Below are positions 47,235 to 57,149 of a DNA stretch of 64,000 bases, in pieces. The notes beneath the pieces were generated by a model. That model ran no database searches and had not been told where the DNA came from. It saw only the letters and a list, made by a program, of their open reading frames with translations. The position numbers and the translations under genes are program-made. Location: IMG/VR virus record IMGVR_UViG_3300032285_003957, positions 170,117 to 234,116 of that record; one strand, 5' to 3'. Each line of letters starts with the position of its first letter. Position 1 is the first letter of the stretch. The stretch is from a virus (Duplodnaviria; Caudoviricetes).

Positions 47235-50200
47235 ATGCCAAACAACAATCAATTCAAAGTCAAAAACGGACTTGTCGTATCCGGCAGTTCGCAAATCTCA
47301 GGTTCTCTTGCAGTCACAGGTGGTGCAATTAGCGGCGACGGTTCTCAATTATATAATATTCCCGCAGCAGGTGTAGTAGGTTTACAACTTAATCAAATAT
47401 TAAGTAGTAATGTCAGTGCATCTATATCATCAGTAAGAGGCTTTCAAATTAATACAAATACTGCTGTAACAGGTTCATTAAATGTTACAGGTAGTTTAAA
47501 TATAAACGGAACATCATATACCGCCGCCACATCAGGAACATCTGGTACTAGTGGAACATCAGGCACAGCAGGAACTTCAGGTAGTGATGGATCTTCAGGA
47601 ACTTCTGGTACAAGTGGTAGTTCAGGTTCATCGGGAACTAGTGGAACATCTGGAACAAGTGGTTCATCAGGTAGTTCTGGTACTGGTGGAACGTCAGGTA
47701 GTTCGGGAACGTCAGGAACATCAGGTAGTGACGGGTCTTCAGGAACTTCTGGTACAAGTGGAACATCAGGTAGTTCTGGTTCAAGTGGCTCATCAGGAAC
47801 TTCTGGTACTAGTGGAACATCAGGTAGCTCTGGTTCAAGTGGTTCTTCAGGAACATCGGGTTCTTCAGGTAGTTCAGGTTCTAGTGGAACGTCAGGAACT
47901 AGTGGTAGTTCAGGGACTGCGGGAACAAGTGGTTCATCAGGAACATCCGGTACGAGTGGCACAGCGGGAACTAGCGGTAGTTCAGGAACAAGTGGAACAG
48001 CAGGAACATCTGGAACAAGCGGATCTTCAGGTACAAGTGGAACATCAGGAACATCAGGTTCAAGCGGTAGTTCAGGGACGTCTGGTACATCAGGAACCTC
48101 AGGTAGCTCAGGAACATCTGGCACATCGGGAAGTAGTGGTTCTTCGGGAACTGTTACGATGTCAGGAACTCTTGATAACGGATTACTAACATTAAATGGC
48201 TCATCACCAAATGTAACAGTTGAAAATAATTTATCTTTTGATGGTAACAACTTATCATTAACAGGTAGTCAAACAATTACAGGTGATTTAACTGTTCAAG
48301 GTAATTTTACTGCTAAACAAATTATTATTAGTTCTTCTGTTTTATTTGCTACCGAGTCATATGCTTCAGGTTCACATTCATTTGGTAATAGCTTTGATGA
48401 TTATCATAATTTTACAGGGTCTGTTTACATAACAGGTGCTTTACAAATACCAAAAGCATCATCAAACCCTATTGGAACAGTTGAGGGGCAATTATATTAC
48501 AATACAAACGATACAAACATTTATAGATATAATGGTTCGACTTGGTTAGCGGCCGCAGGAACATCTGGTACAAGCGGAACAGCAGGAACAAGTGGAACTT
48601 CGGGTAGTTCGGGTTCATCAGGAACTAGTGGAACATCTGGTAGTTCAGGTAGTTCTGGTACATCAGGAACTTCAGGAACTTCCGGCACAAGCGGTAGTTC
48701 AGGAACGTCGGGGACTGCGGGAACATCAGGAACATCTGGTAGCTCAGGAACAAGTGGAACATCTGGTACTAGTGGTAGTTCAGGTTCCAGTGGAACGAGC
48801 GGAACATCAGGAACATCAGGTTCAAGCGGATCTTCGGGAACAAGTGGTAGTTCAGGTTCTAGTGGAACATCAGGAAGCTCTGGCACAAGTGGAACATCAG
48901 GAAGTAGTGGTTCAAGTGGAAGCTCAGGTTCTTCCGGTACAAGTGGAACATCAGGTTCTTCCGGTACGAGTGGAACTTCAGGAACAAGTGGTAGTTCAGG
49001 TTCTAGTGGAACATCAGGAAGCTCTGGCACAAGTGGAACATCAGGAAGTAGTGGTTCAAGCGGAAGTTCAGGTTCTTCAGGAAGTTCCGGTACGAGTGGA
49101 ACAGCAGGAACATCTGGTTCAAGCGGTAGTTCAGGTTCTTCCGGTACAAGTGGAACATCAGGCACAAGTGGCTCATCAGGTTCTTCAGGAAGTTCAGGTT
49201 CTAGTGGAACATCAGGAAGCTCTGGCACAAGCGGTAGTTCAGGTTCTTCTGGAACAAGTGGTAGTTCGGGTTCTTCAGGAAGTTCCGGTACTAGTGGAAC
49301 GAGTGGTTCTTCCGGTTCGTCAGGAACATCGGGCACAAGTGGCTCATCAGGTTCTTCGGGTAGCTCCGGTTCATCAGGAAGCTCTGGTACAAGTGGTTCA
49401 AGCGGAAGTTCAGGCTCATCAGGAACTAGCGGAACATCTGGCAGCTCAGGCTCATCAGGAACATCTGGTTCAAGCGGTAGTTCAGGTTCTTCAGGTTCTA
49501 GTGGTAGCTCGGGAACATCAGGAACAAGCGGAACCTCTGTTTCAATATCGGGAACACAAAATACGGTAGTTAAATTTGCATCAGCAACAGGAATTACTAA
49601 TTCAAATATAACAGATAATGGTTCTTTAGTTAATATTGCATCAAACACAAATATTACAGGTTCTTTACTTATCACACAAAACTTAACAGTATTAGGTTCG
49701 TCATCAATATTCTATGCAACAGCATCTCAATTAAATGTATCGAATAATATTATAACTGTTAATAACTCAACACCAAGTGTTAGATTTGGGGGTTTAGCCG
49801 CAATTGATAGTGGTTCAAATCCCACAGTATCAGGTTCATTACTATTTGATTCAGTTGATAATGAGTGGATATTTGTTCATCAAATAACATCAGGCGCTGC
49901 GATAACATCATCAACAATGATAACCGCACCTGAAACATATAATAACGTTGGTAATGAAACACATTTAACTAATAATCGTTTAACAAAGGCATCAAATGGT
50001 TTTCATATAAATGATTCGAATATTACTGACGACGGAACAAAAGTTTCAATAAATTCAAATACAGAAGTTACAGGTTCATTAAGAATAACAAACAGTGCTT
50101 ATGTAACAGGAAGTTTATATATCAATGGAACTTCATATACTGCAGCAACATCAGGAACTAGTGGAACATCGGGAAGTTCTGGTACAAGTGGAACAAGCGG

Positions 50201-53200
50201 TAGCTCAGGAACGTCTGGTACAAGTGGTTCATCGGGTAGTTCTGGAACAGCAGGAACGTCAGGTTCTAGTGGTAGTTCTGGTACAAGTGGAACAAGCGGT
50301 AGCTCAGGAACTTCTGGCACAAGTGGTTCATCAGGAAGCTCTGGTACATCAGGAACGTCAGGTTCTAGTGGTAGTTCTGGAACAGCAGGAACGTCAGGTT
50401 CTAGCGGTAGTTCAGGAACAAGTGGTAGTTCGGGTTCATCAGGAAGTTCTGGCACAAGTGGTTCATCGGGTAGTAGCGGTTCATCAGGCACATCTGGAAC
50501 AAGTGGTTCGTCAGGTAGTTCGGGAACAAGTGGGACATCTGGTTCAAGCGGTAGCTCGGGTTCATCAGGTAGTTCAGGCACAAGTGGCACAGCGGGAACA
50601 AGTGGTAGCTCTGGTTCAAGCGGTAGTAGTGGAACATCAGGAAGTTCTGGGTCTAGTGGAACCGCAGGAACGTCAGGTTCAAGTGGTAGTTCAGGTTCAT
50701 CGGGAACTAGTGGTAGTTCAGGTTCTTCAGGAACGGCAGGTTCTTCTGGAACAAGTGGTAGTTCAGGAACATCTATTACAACATCAGGAACAGCAAATAC
50801 GTTAGTTAAATTTGCAACCACATCGACAGTTGGAAATTCAAATATATCAGATAATGGAACAACAGTAACAATCAATTCAAATACCGATGTTACAGGTTCA
50901 TTATCAATTTATGGTTCTTTAGATTTAAGAAATACATCTATATTCAATAGAAACACAAACTATCTACACACACAAAGTGTTGCGAATACAACATGGTCTG
51001 TGAACCATAATTTAGGATATCTTTATCCAAATGTTGTTGTTTATGACGGCACAAACAACGTAATGATTCCTGATACAATCGTATCTGTTGATGGTAATAA
51101 CACAACAATTACATTTGTATCTGCTGAAAGTGGTTATTCATTAATCTCGGTAGGTGGTCAAACAGTTGGAACATCAGGAACATCAGGTTCGTCAGGTATT
51201 GGTTCATCAGGGACTGCAGGAACAAGTGGTAGTTCGGGTTCATCAGGAACGAGTGGAACCTCGGGTAGTTCAGGTACTAGCGGAACTTCAGGTAGTAGTG
51301 GTTCAAGTGGCTCATCAGGGACTTCTGGTACAAGTGGTTCATCGGGTAGTTCAGGTTCAACAGGAACTTCAGGAACTTCAGGTTCAAGCGGTAGTAGTGG
51401 AACTTCAGGTAGCTCTGGTTCTAGTGGAACATCAGGCACAAGTGGAACTCTAACATTAAGTGGAAATTTTGACAATGGTATAATAACATTAAATTACTTA
51501 GCACCTCAAGCGACAGTTGAATCCAATATGTCATTTGATGGTAGCACAATGAATATCACAGGTAGTGGTGTTGTAAGTGGTGACTTTAAAGTTGGTGGTA
51601 ATTTAACCGCTAAACAATTTATAGTTTCTTCTTCAGTATTATATGTTACAGAATCATTTGCATCAGGTTCACATAACTTTGGTGACACTTTTGATGATTT
51701 CCATAACTTTACGGGTTCTGTTTATATAACAGGCACACTTGTTCTTCCAAAATATTCATCAAATCCGCCATTTGCAACAGGACCAATTGGTGCTGTAATT
51801 TATAATACAAGTGATGGTAACATATACAGACACATAGGTGCAGGTTTATGGTCATCGGCAGCAGGTTCTTCAGGAACATCTGGTACAAGTGGAACATCGG
51901 GAACAAGTGGAACTAGTGGTAGTTCAGGTTCATCGGGAAGTTCTGGTACAAGTGGTAGTTCAGGTTCAAACGGTTCTTCTGGTACAAGTGGAACCTCTGG
52001 TTCTAGCGGGTCATCAGGTTCATCGGGAACCTCAGGTTCATCAGGAAGTTCTGGTTCTTCAGGAACTAGTGGTAGTTCAGGTAGTTCAGGAACGGCAGGT
52101 TCATCAGGCTCAAGCGGTTCTTCCGGAACAAGTGGTTCATCAGGAAGTTCGGGTTCATCTGGAAGTTCGGGAACTAGTGGAACATCAGGTTCAAGTGGTA
52201 GTAGTGGTTCATCAGGAACAAGTGGTTCATCAGGTAATTCTGGAACATCAGGAACAAGTGGTTCATCAGGTAATTCTGGAACATCAGGAACATCAGGTTC
52301 AAGCGGTGTTAATGGTAGCTCAGGAACAAGCGGTAGCTCGGGTGTTAACGGTTCTTCAGGAACATCGGGTTCATCAGGTGTATCAGGAACAAGCGGTTCT
52401 TCAGGAACATCATTTGCTAACACATATGGAATTAACCAAAACTTAGGAACGAGTAACTCACCAACATTCGCGGGAGCAACGTTCAATGGTAATTTAACTT
52501 TAAATACACCAACAAGTGTTACTTCCGTAACTTCATTATTACCATCAACTGCTTTGATGAGTTCACCATCAATCAATGTTGGAAGTTCGGCGGCATTTGT
52601 TCCATATACACATCAAAGAGCACAGTATAGTGGGGGTTATGTCACTCACGTTTCAACAGGGATTATAAAGGATGCAAGTGGATGGAGTGCAGGTTGGTAC
52701 ATGGCAATAGGTGGTAGTGATAGTTACCCTACTGAATATTTTAGATTAAATTACGGTGGTGGAATAACACACAGCAACGGCTCAACTTTTTTAAGTTCGG
52801 CTAACTATAATTCATGGGCGATGTCAGGTGCAGGATATTCTGCAAACCAAAACCTAAACACATCAAATAACGTATCTTTTGCTAGAGCAACATTAACAGA
52901 TGGGACTAATAGTATCAGTATCGGTCAATGGGATGGTTCAACAAATAGGATTGAAAGTGCGGGTAGAGCTCTTTTCTTAACATCATATACGTCAGGAGTT
53001 TATTTTGGTATGAGTGGTAGTGTGAATTACATTATGAATGGATCAGCATTATACCCTAACACGAATAATGCGTATTCATTAGGAACAGCAACATACGCTT
53101 GGTCTAACATTTACACGAATGACTTACATTTAAGTAATATGACTAAAGAAGGTGGTAATGATGTTGATGGAACAAATGGTAATTGGACAATACAAGAAGG

Positions 53201-53273
53201 AGAAGAAAACTTATATATTATCAATAATAGAAACGGTAAGAAATTTAAAATTGATTTAACAGAAATAAAGTAA
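47235..53273 (+). CDS. Giant tail-fibre-like protein with five (S/T-S-G)n tracts and a conserved NDLHLSN...WTIQEG C-terminal domain
   Basis: 2012 aa; about half is Gly-X-Y triplets; C-terminal motif typical of aquatic myophage fibres. Confidence 0.75.
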   Translation: MPNNNQFKVKNGLVVSGSSQISGSLAVTGGAISGDGSQLYNIPAAGVVGLQLNQILSSNVSASISSVRGFQINTNTAVTGSLNVTGSLNINGTSYTAATSGTSGTSGTSGTAGTSGSDGSSGTSGTSGSSGSSGTSGTSGTSGSSGSSGTGGTSGSSGTSGTSGSDGSSGTSGTSGTSGSSGSSGSSGTSGTSGTSGSSGSSGSSGTSGSSGSSGSSGTSGTSGSSGTAGTSGSSGTSGTSGTAGTSGSSGTSGTAGTSGTSGSSGTSGTSGTSGSSGSSGTSGTSGTSGSSGTSGTSGSSGSSGTVTMSGTLDNGLLTLNGSSPNVTVENNLSFDGNNLSLTGSQTITGDLTVQGNFTAKQIIISSSVLFATESYASGSHSFGNSFDDYHNFTGSVYITGALQIPKASSNPIGTVEGQLYYNTNDTNIYRYNGSTWLAAAGTSGTSGTAGTSGTSGSSGSSGTSGTSGSSGSSGTSGTSGTSGTSGSSGTSGTAGTSGTSGSSGTSGTSGTSGSSGSSGTSGTSGTSGSSGSSGTSGSSGSSGTSGSSGTSGTSGSSGSSGSSGSSGTSGTSGSSGTSGTSGTSGSSGSSGTSGSSGTSGTSGSSGSSGSSGSSGSSGTSGTAGTSGSSGSSGSSGTSGTSGTSGSSGSSGSSGSSGTSGSSGTSGSSGSSGTSGSSGSSGSSGTSGTSGSSGSSGTSGTSGSSGSSGSSGSSGSSGTSGSSGSSGSSGTSGTSGSSGSSGTSGSSGSSGSSGSSGSSGTSGTSGTSVSISGTQNTVVKFASATGITNSNITDNGSLVNIASNTNITGSLLITQNLTVLGSSSIFYATASQLNVSNNIITVNNSTPSVRFGGLAAIDSGSNPTVSGSLLFDSVDNEWIFVHQITSGAAITSSTMITAPETYNNVGNETHLTNNRLTKASNGFHINDSNITDDGTKVSINSNTEVTGSLRITNSAYVTGSLYINGTSYTAATSGTSGTSGSSGTSGTSGSSGTSGTSGSSGSSGTAGTSGSSGSSGTSGTSGSSGTSGTSGSSGSSGTSGTSGSSGSSGTAGTSGSSGSSGTSGSSGSSGSSGTSGSSGSSGSSGTSGTSGSSGSSGTSGTSGSSGSSGSSGSSGTSGTAGTSGSSGSSGSSGTSGSSGSSGTAGTSGSSGSSGSSGTSGSSGSSGTAGSSGTSGSSGTSITTSGTANTLVKFATTSTVGNSNISDNGTTVTINSNTDVTGSLSIYGSLDLRNTSIFNRNTNYLHTQSVANTTWSVNHNLGYLYPNVVVYDGTNNVMIPDTIVSVDGNNTTITFVSAESGYSLISVGGQTVGTSGTSGSSGIGSSGTAGTSGSSGSSGTSGTSGSSGTSGTSGSSGSSGSSGTSGTSGSSGSSGSTGTSGTSGSSGSSGTSGSSGSSGTSGTSGTLTLSGNFDNGIITLNYLAPQATVESNMSFDGSTMNITGSGVVSGDFKVGGNLTAKQFIVSSSVLYVTESFASGSHNFGDTFDDFHNFTGSVYITGTLVLPKYSSNPPFATGPIGAVIYNTSDGNIYRHIGAGLWSSAAGSSGTSGTSGTSGTSGTSGSSGSSGSSGTSGSSGSNGSSGTSGTSGSSGSSGSSGTSGSSGSSGSSGTSGSSGSSGTAGSSGSSGSSGTSGSSGSSGSSGSSGTSGTSGSSGSSGSSGTSGSSGNSGTSGTSGSSGNSGTSGTSGSSGVNGSSGTSGSSGVNGSSGTSGSSGVSGTSGSSGTSFANTYGINQNLGTSNSPTFAGATFNGNLTLNTPTSVTSVTSLLPSTALMSSPSINVGSSAAFVPYTHQRAQYSGGYVTHVSTGIIKDASGWSAGWYMAIGGSDSYPTEYFRLNYGGGITHSNGSTFLSSANYNSWAMSGAGYSANQNLNTSNNVSFARATLTDGTNSISIGQWDGSTNRIESAGRALFLTSYTSGVYFGMSGSVNYIMNGSALYPNTNNAYSLGTATYAWSNIYTNDLHLSNMTKEGGNDVDGTNGNWTIQEGEENLYIINNRNGKKFKIDLTEIK
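47529..48149 (+). repeat. (S/T-S-G) triplet tract A1, 69 triplets
   Basis: Counted from sequence (621 nt). Confidence 0.95.
48561..49532 (+). repeat. (S/T-S-G) triplet tract A2, 108 triplets
   Basis: 972 nt by coordinates. Confidence 0.9.
50148..50768 (+). repeat. (S/T-S-G) triplet tract A3, 69 triplets
   Basis: Counted from sequence (621 nt). Confidence 0.95.
51171..51446 (+). repeat. (S/T-S-G) triplet tract A4, 30 triplets plus one IG interruption
   Basis: 276 nt by coordinates. Confidence 0.9.
51867..52406 (+). repeat. (S/T-S-G) triplet tract A5, 60 triplets with VNG/NSG variants
   Basis: 540 nt by coordinates. Confidence 0.9.
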
Positions 53274-53312
53274 ACTACATTATTAAATAAAAAAATATTA
53301 TTTTAAATAGGA

Positions 53313-54089
53313 ATGCCATTATATATTAAGAACAATAAAATTATAAGCTCAAATGATATTACGAGTGGCGGTGTTTTTAGAACAAGAATACCTAAAGACC
53401 GTTTAAAATTACATTTAGATGCTGGCGACATTGATTCATATTCAGGTAGTGGTTCGGTGTGGTATGATTTGAGCGGTAATGGTTATAATTTTACAATTAA
53501 TTCATCCGCATATAATTCATCAGGTCCAAAATATATGGATTTTAATGGTTCATATGGTTGTGCAAAAATTGGAACCGACGTTCCAATTTCAGGTGATGTG
53601 ACATGTGTTTGTTGGACAAGAATTAAAAATAGCACGGCAGAATGGCGAACATTATTAAGAGGACTATCTTCAGGTGCAGACCATCAAGTTATTGTTCAAT
53701 CAGGTGGGTGGGCAATTGGTATGTATGATAACACTAATGGAACTGGTTTTAATAATTCAGGACTTAGCCAACAAAGCTTACCTGGTTATGGAACAAGCAC
53801 ATGGGTTTTTATGGTATGGACTTGGCATGATAGTGAAAAACCATATTATGTTTTATCATATAATAATCTTATCGGTTCAACAAATCAGGCATATATTGTT
53901 AGTGCAAATTCAAGATTTAAACATGGATTTTGTTCTATAGGTGCTTATAATAATGGTAATCAAACAGACCCAAATACATCATCACAACCATGGGGTGATA
54001 TTGGTATGATAAGTTTATATGACAGAGTATTAAATGGTTATGAAATGTCAGAATATTACCAAGCAACAAGAGGTAGATTTGGTTTATAA
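53313..54089 (+). CDS. LamG/concanavalin A-like lectin domain protein
   Basis: LKLHLDAGDIDSYSGSGSVWYDLSGNG...GDIGMISLYDRVLNGYEMSEYY...RFGL. Confidence 0.75.
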   Translation: MPLYIKNNKIISSNDITSGGVFRTRIPKDRLKLHLDAGDIDSYSGSGSVWYDLSGNGYNFTINSSAYNSSGPKYMDFNGSYGCAKIGTDVPISGDVTCVCWTRIKNSTAEWRTLLRGLSSGADHQVIVQSGGWAIGMYDNTNGTGFNNSGLSQQSLPGYGTSTWVFMVWTWHDSEKPYYVLSYNNLIGSTNQAYIVSANSRFKHGFCSIGAYNNGNQTDPNTSSQPWGDIGMISLYDRVLNGYEMSEYYQATRGRFGL

Positions 54090-54098
54090 TATAAAAAT

Positions 54099-54896
54099 AT
54101 GAGTATAATAATTGGAGGAAATACTTTATCGGGAAACAATTTCAGTCCATCTGGGTTACAACCAAAATTATCTTCAGTAACAAGAGGTTTAGTTTGTTGG
54201 TTGGATGCGGGCGATAGTTCATCTTATGCTAACACATCTTATTATTATGATTGTGGGTATGGTTGTCAATATTATACATCCGACCCTGGATGCACAAATT
54301 GTAACTCACAATGGAAAGATTTAAGTGGATATGGTCATGACGGAACATTGTATGGTTCAATCTCAATGACAAATGGGGATACGGGTGGTGGCGCGTTTTA
54401 TTTTAATGGTAGTAACGCTTATGTCAATATAACAAGCACCGCACTTTTAAATCCAAGTAGTGGTGTAATATCAACAGGTGCATGGTTTAAATCAACTGAT
54501 GTTGGTTCACAAAACGATAGAATATTAATTAACAAAGAAAATGAATATGAAATTTCTGCTGGTGGTGGTTATATAACATACGCATTTAGACCAAACTGGG
54601 CATGGGTTGGAGCAACGGCTTTTAATATAAATCAATGGTATCATGTGATGGTTACTTATGATCAATCTTATCAAAGATTATATGTTAATGGTGTCGAGGT
54701 TTATAATGCGGCATTAAGTGGTGCCATAGGTGCGACATATGCAAATGATTTAAGAATCGGTGCAAGAAATGCACCTGGTTCACCAACAAGTCCATTCCTT
54801 GGTTATATTGCTGTAGCACAAGTATACAACGTCGCATTAACAGCACAAGAAGTATTAACATTATATAACAACGGTAGACAAAGATTCGGTGTGTAA
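54099..54896 (+). CDS. LamG/concanavalin A-like lectin domain protein
   Basis: LVCWLDAGDSSSY...WKDLSGYG...NQWYHVMVTYD...LYVNG...VYNVALTAQEV...RFGV. Confidence 0.8.
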   Translation: MSIIIGGNTLSGNNFSPSGLQPKLSSVTRGLVCWLDAGDSSSYANTSYYYDCGYGCQYYTSDPGCTNCNSQWKDLSGYGHDGTLYGSISMTNGDTGGGAFYFNGSNAYVNITSTALLNPSSGVISTGAWFKSTDVGSQNDRILINKENEYEISAGGGYITYAFRPNWAWVGATAFNINQWYHVMVTYDQSYQRLYVNGVEVYNAALSGAIGATYANDLRIGARNAPGSPTSPFLGYIAVAQVYNVALTAQEVLTLYNNGRQRFGV

Positions 54897-54898
54897 AA

Positions 54899-54906
54899 TA
54901 TTTATA
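54899..54906 (+). promoter_or_regulatory. TATTTATA putative late-promoter element
   Basis: Intergenic, upstream of ATG 54920. Confidence 0.45.
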
Positions 54907-54919
54907 ATAAAAAAACAAA

Positions 54920-56578
54920 ATGCCAACATATTTTAGAGGGTCAAATATTTTAACACCTGATTATTGGACAGAAGGCTCAGGTGGATTTTCTGGTTTTGGA
55001 CAAAATGGAAATACTGGTGAAAATCAAAGAGTAACAGGAACTGACCCTTGGGGTAATAGTGCGATTGTTTGGGAATCAAGACCATCCGGTGACGGTAATG
55101 CTGATGGTGGTTGGAATAGCGATAGTGTATCTGTTGATGAATATAGTTTATATAGATTTTCTGTTTGGGTAAAAAGAACAAGTGGTAGTGCGTCTGGTTA
55201 TAGTTATTTAGGGACACAATCAAATTTTGGAACGGTTCGTCATATTGATAGCACATACGATAATGGTAACCCATATTGGGAATGTCAAAACCCAAGTGTT
55301 TATACACAAAATCAATGGTATCTTTTAGTTGGTCATGTCTTCCCATCAAACTATGCTGGTAATGGAATACACGCACCACATCCTGATACCGGAAGATACA
55401 CAACAAGCGGTAGAGATGGAGGAGTAAATTTCTGCAACATTAGTTCAGATTTAAGATGGACACCGGGAACAACATCAACATATCATAGAACATATCATTA
55501 TTATTGTGGTGACAGCACAACTAGACTTCAATGGTTCGACCCTAGAATAGATAAATGTGATGGAAGTGAACCAACAATAGCACAATTATTGGCCGGCACA
55601 AGAAAATCATCGTTAATTAGCACAAGCGCTTCAGTCGAAGGTGCCTCACTTCAAAACCAAAAAATTGTAGCATCAGGTGGAATAATTACTACAGTTGGTG
55701 ATTCAAGAATACATAGGTTTAATAGTAGTGGCACTTTAACCGTAACATCAGTTAATGGTTCGTCAGTTGTTGATGTGGATTATTTAATAGTTGCTGGCGG
55801 AGGTGGTGGTGGAACAAACATGGGTGGCGGCGGAGGTGGCGGCGGTGTTTTGAATGGTAAAATGACTTTAGTGGCGGGACAATCATACACAGTAACAGTA
55901 GGTGCAGGAGGTGCGGGAGCACCTGCAGGCACAACAGGAGGTCACCCAACAGTTACAGGTAGCAATGGAAGTTCATCATCAATTAATAGTTTAGTAGCCA
56001 CTGGTGGTGGATGGGGTGGTGTATCATATAACACCATGGGTTATGGGATACATATGGGTAATTCAGGTGGTTCCGGTGGCGGTTCTTCAGGTTATAATAA
56101 TGATTATGTTGCTCCGGGTTATTATGGTTCGGGTTCGGGTATTTCGGGACAAGGAAATCGAGGCGGATATCAAGGTAACGCATATTATTCAGGCGGAGGC
56201 GGTGGCGCCGGTGCCGCTGGAACAGATGGTAATAGTAGACCCGATGGTGGCGCTGGTAGAATGGTAACAATCTTAGGTAGACCATTTTATTGGGGAGGCG
56301 GTGGTGGTGGTGCTAGTTACTCATTAGACACCGGTGGTTATGGTGGTGTTGGTGGCGGTGGTGGTGGTGCATTAGGAACCGCACTTGGTGGTAGAAATGG
56401 TATTGCTTGGGGAAGTAATGGAGGTGGTGGTGCATGTTGTTCGTGGGCTAATACACCAGGTGGTAATGCTGCTGTTAACACAGGTGGCGGTGGAGGCGGA
56501 GGTTCACATTATAACTATACAAATAAAGGTGGTGATGGCGGAAGCGGAATTGTAATAATTAGATATAAATACAGATAA
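54920..56578 (+). CDS. Two-domain adhesin: carbohydrate-binding-like N-terminal domain plus glycine-rich domain
   Basis: YRFSVWVK and WYLLVGHV beta-sandwich; C-terminal half YLIVAGGGGGG...GGSGIVIIRY (Gly_rich_2-like). Confidence 0.7.
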   Translation: MPTYFRGSNILTPDYWTEGSGGFSGFGQNGNTGENQRVTGTDPWGNSAIVWESRPSGDGNADGGWNSDSVSVDEYSLYRFSVWVKRTSGSASGYSYLGTQSNFGTVRHIDSTYDNGNPYWECQNPSVYTQNQWYLLVGHVFPSNYAGNGIHAPHPDTGRYTTSGRDGGVNFCNISSDLRWTPGTTSTYHRTYHYYCGDSTTRLQWFDPRIDKCDGSEPTIAQLLAGTRKSSLISTSASVEGASLQNQKIVASGGIITTVGDSRIHRFNSSGTLTVTSVNGSSVVDVDYLIVAGGGGGGTNMGGGGGGGGVLNGKMTLVAGQSYTVTVGAGGAGAPAGTTGGHPTVTGSNGSSSSINSLVATGGGWGGVSYNTMGYGIHMGNSGGSGGGSSGYNNDYVAPGYYGSGSGISGQGNRGGYQGNAYYSGGGGGAGAAGTDGNSRPDGGAGRMVTILGRPFYWGGGGGGASYSLDTGGYGGVGGGGGGALGTALGGRNGIAWGSNGGGGACCSWANTPGGNAAVNTGGGGGGGSHYNYTNKGGDGGSGIVIIRYKYR

Positions 56579-56581
56579 TAT

Positions 56582-56956
56582 ATGGCACACTTTGCACAAA
56601 TAGACCAAAATAATGTTGTAATAAATGTATTAGTTGTTCCTGATGAACAAGAACATAGAGGTCAAGAATACTTAGCAGAAGATTTAGGTTTAGGCGGTAG
56701 ATGGATACAAACATCTTATCATGGTAACATAAGAAATATTTTTGCAGGAATTGGTTATCTTTATAACGAAGACTTAGATATCTTTACAACATATAAACCA
56801 TTCCCATCATGGATTTTAAATACTGAAAAAGGTATATGGGAAGCACCTATTCCACCACCAACAGTGGATGGTGACACTGTTTTAAATTGGGACGAAAATA
56901 ACCAAGTTTGGGTAGAGTCAATAAAACCAACCGTAGATGATTTTAAAACAACATGA
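56582..56956 (+). CDS. Small partner protein typical of glycine-rich fibre-tip genes (putative assembly factor)
   Basis: MAHFAQID.NNVV...WIQTSY...FAGIGYLY.E.LDIF...PFPSW...WEAPIP. Confidence 0.65.
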   Translation: MAHFAQIDQNNVVINVLVVPDEQEHRGQEYLAEDLGLGGRWIQTSYHGNIRNIFAGIGYLYNEDLDIFTTYKPFPSWILNTEKGIWEAPIPPPTVDGDTVLNWDENNQVWVESIKPTVDDFKTT

Positions 56957-57096
56957 TAACAATTATAGAAATTTATAGTGAAAATAACGCGTGGTATGTT
57001 AAATATCTTTTAAACAACTACACACATATAACAGAACCCCTACCAACAGAAGAAACAGCTCGTTCGGTTTCCGAGTTATTATTGAATAACTCATAA
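56953..57096 (+). CDS. 47-aa hypothetical protein (not in the ORF track)
   Basis: ATGA overlap with the upstream stop; MITIIEIYSENNAWYVKYLLNNYTHITEPLPTEETARSVSELLLNNS. Confidence 0.5.
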   Translation: MITIIEIYSENNAWYVKYLLNNYTHITEPLPTEETARSVSELLLNNS

Positions 57097-57126
57097 GCTA
57101 ATTGAAGTCATAACCCGAACCCCAAG

Positions 57127-57147
57127 TATTTATAGTAAACTATAAAT
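57127..57147 (+). promoter_or_regulatory. TATTTATA element overlapped by an 8-bp hairpin
   Basis: ATTTATAG-TAAA-CTATAAAT ending 2 nt before ATG 57150. Confidence 0.45.
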
Positions 57148-57149
57148 TA

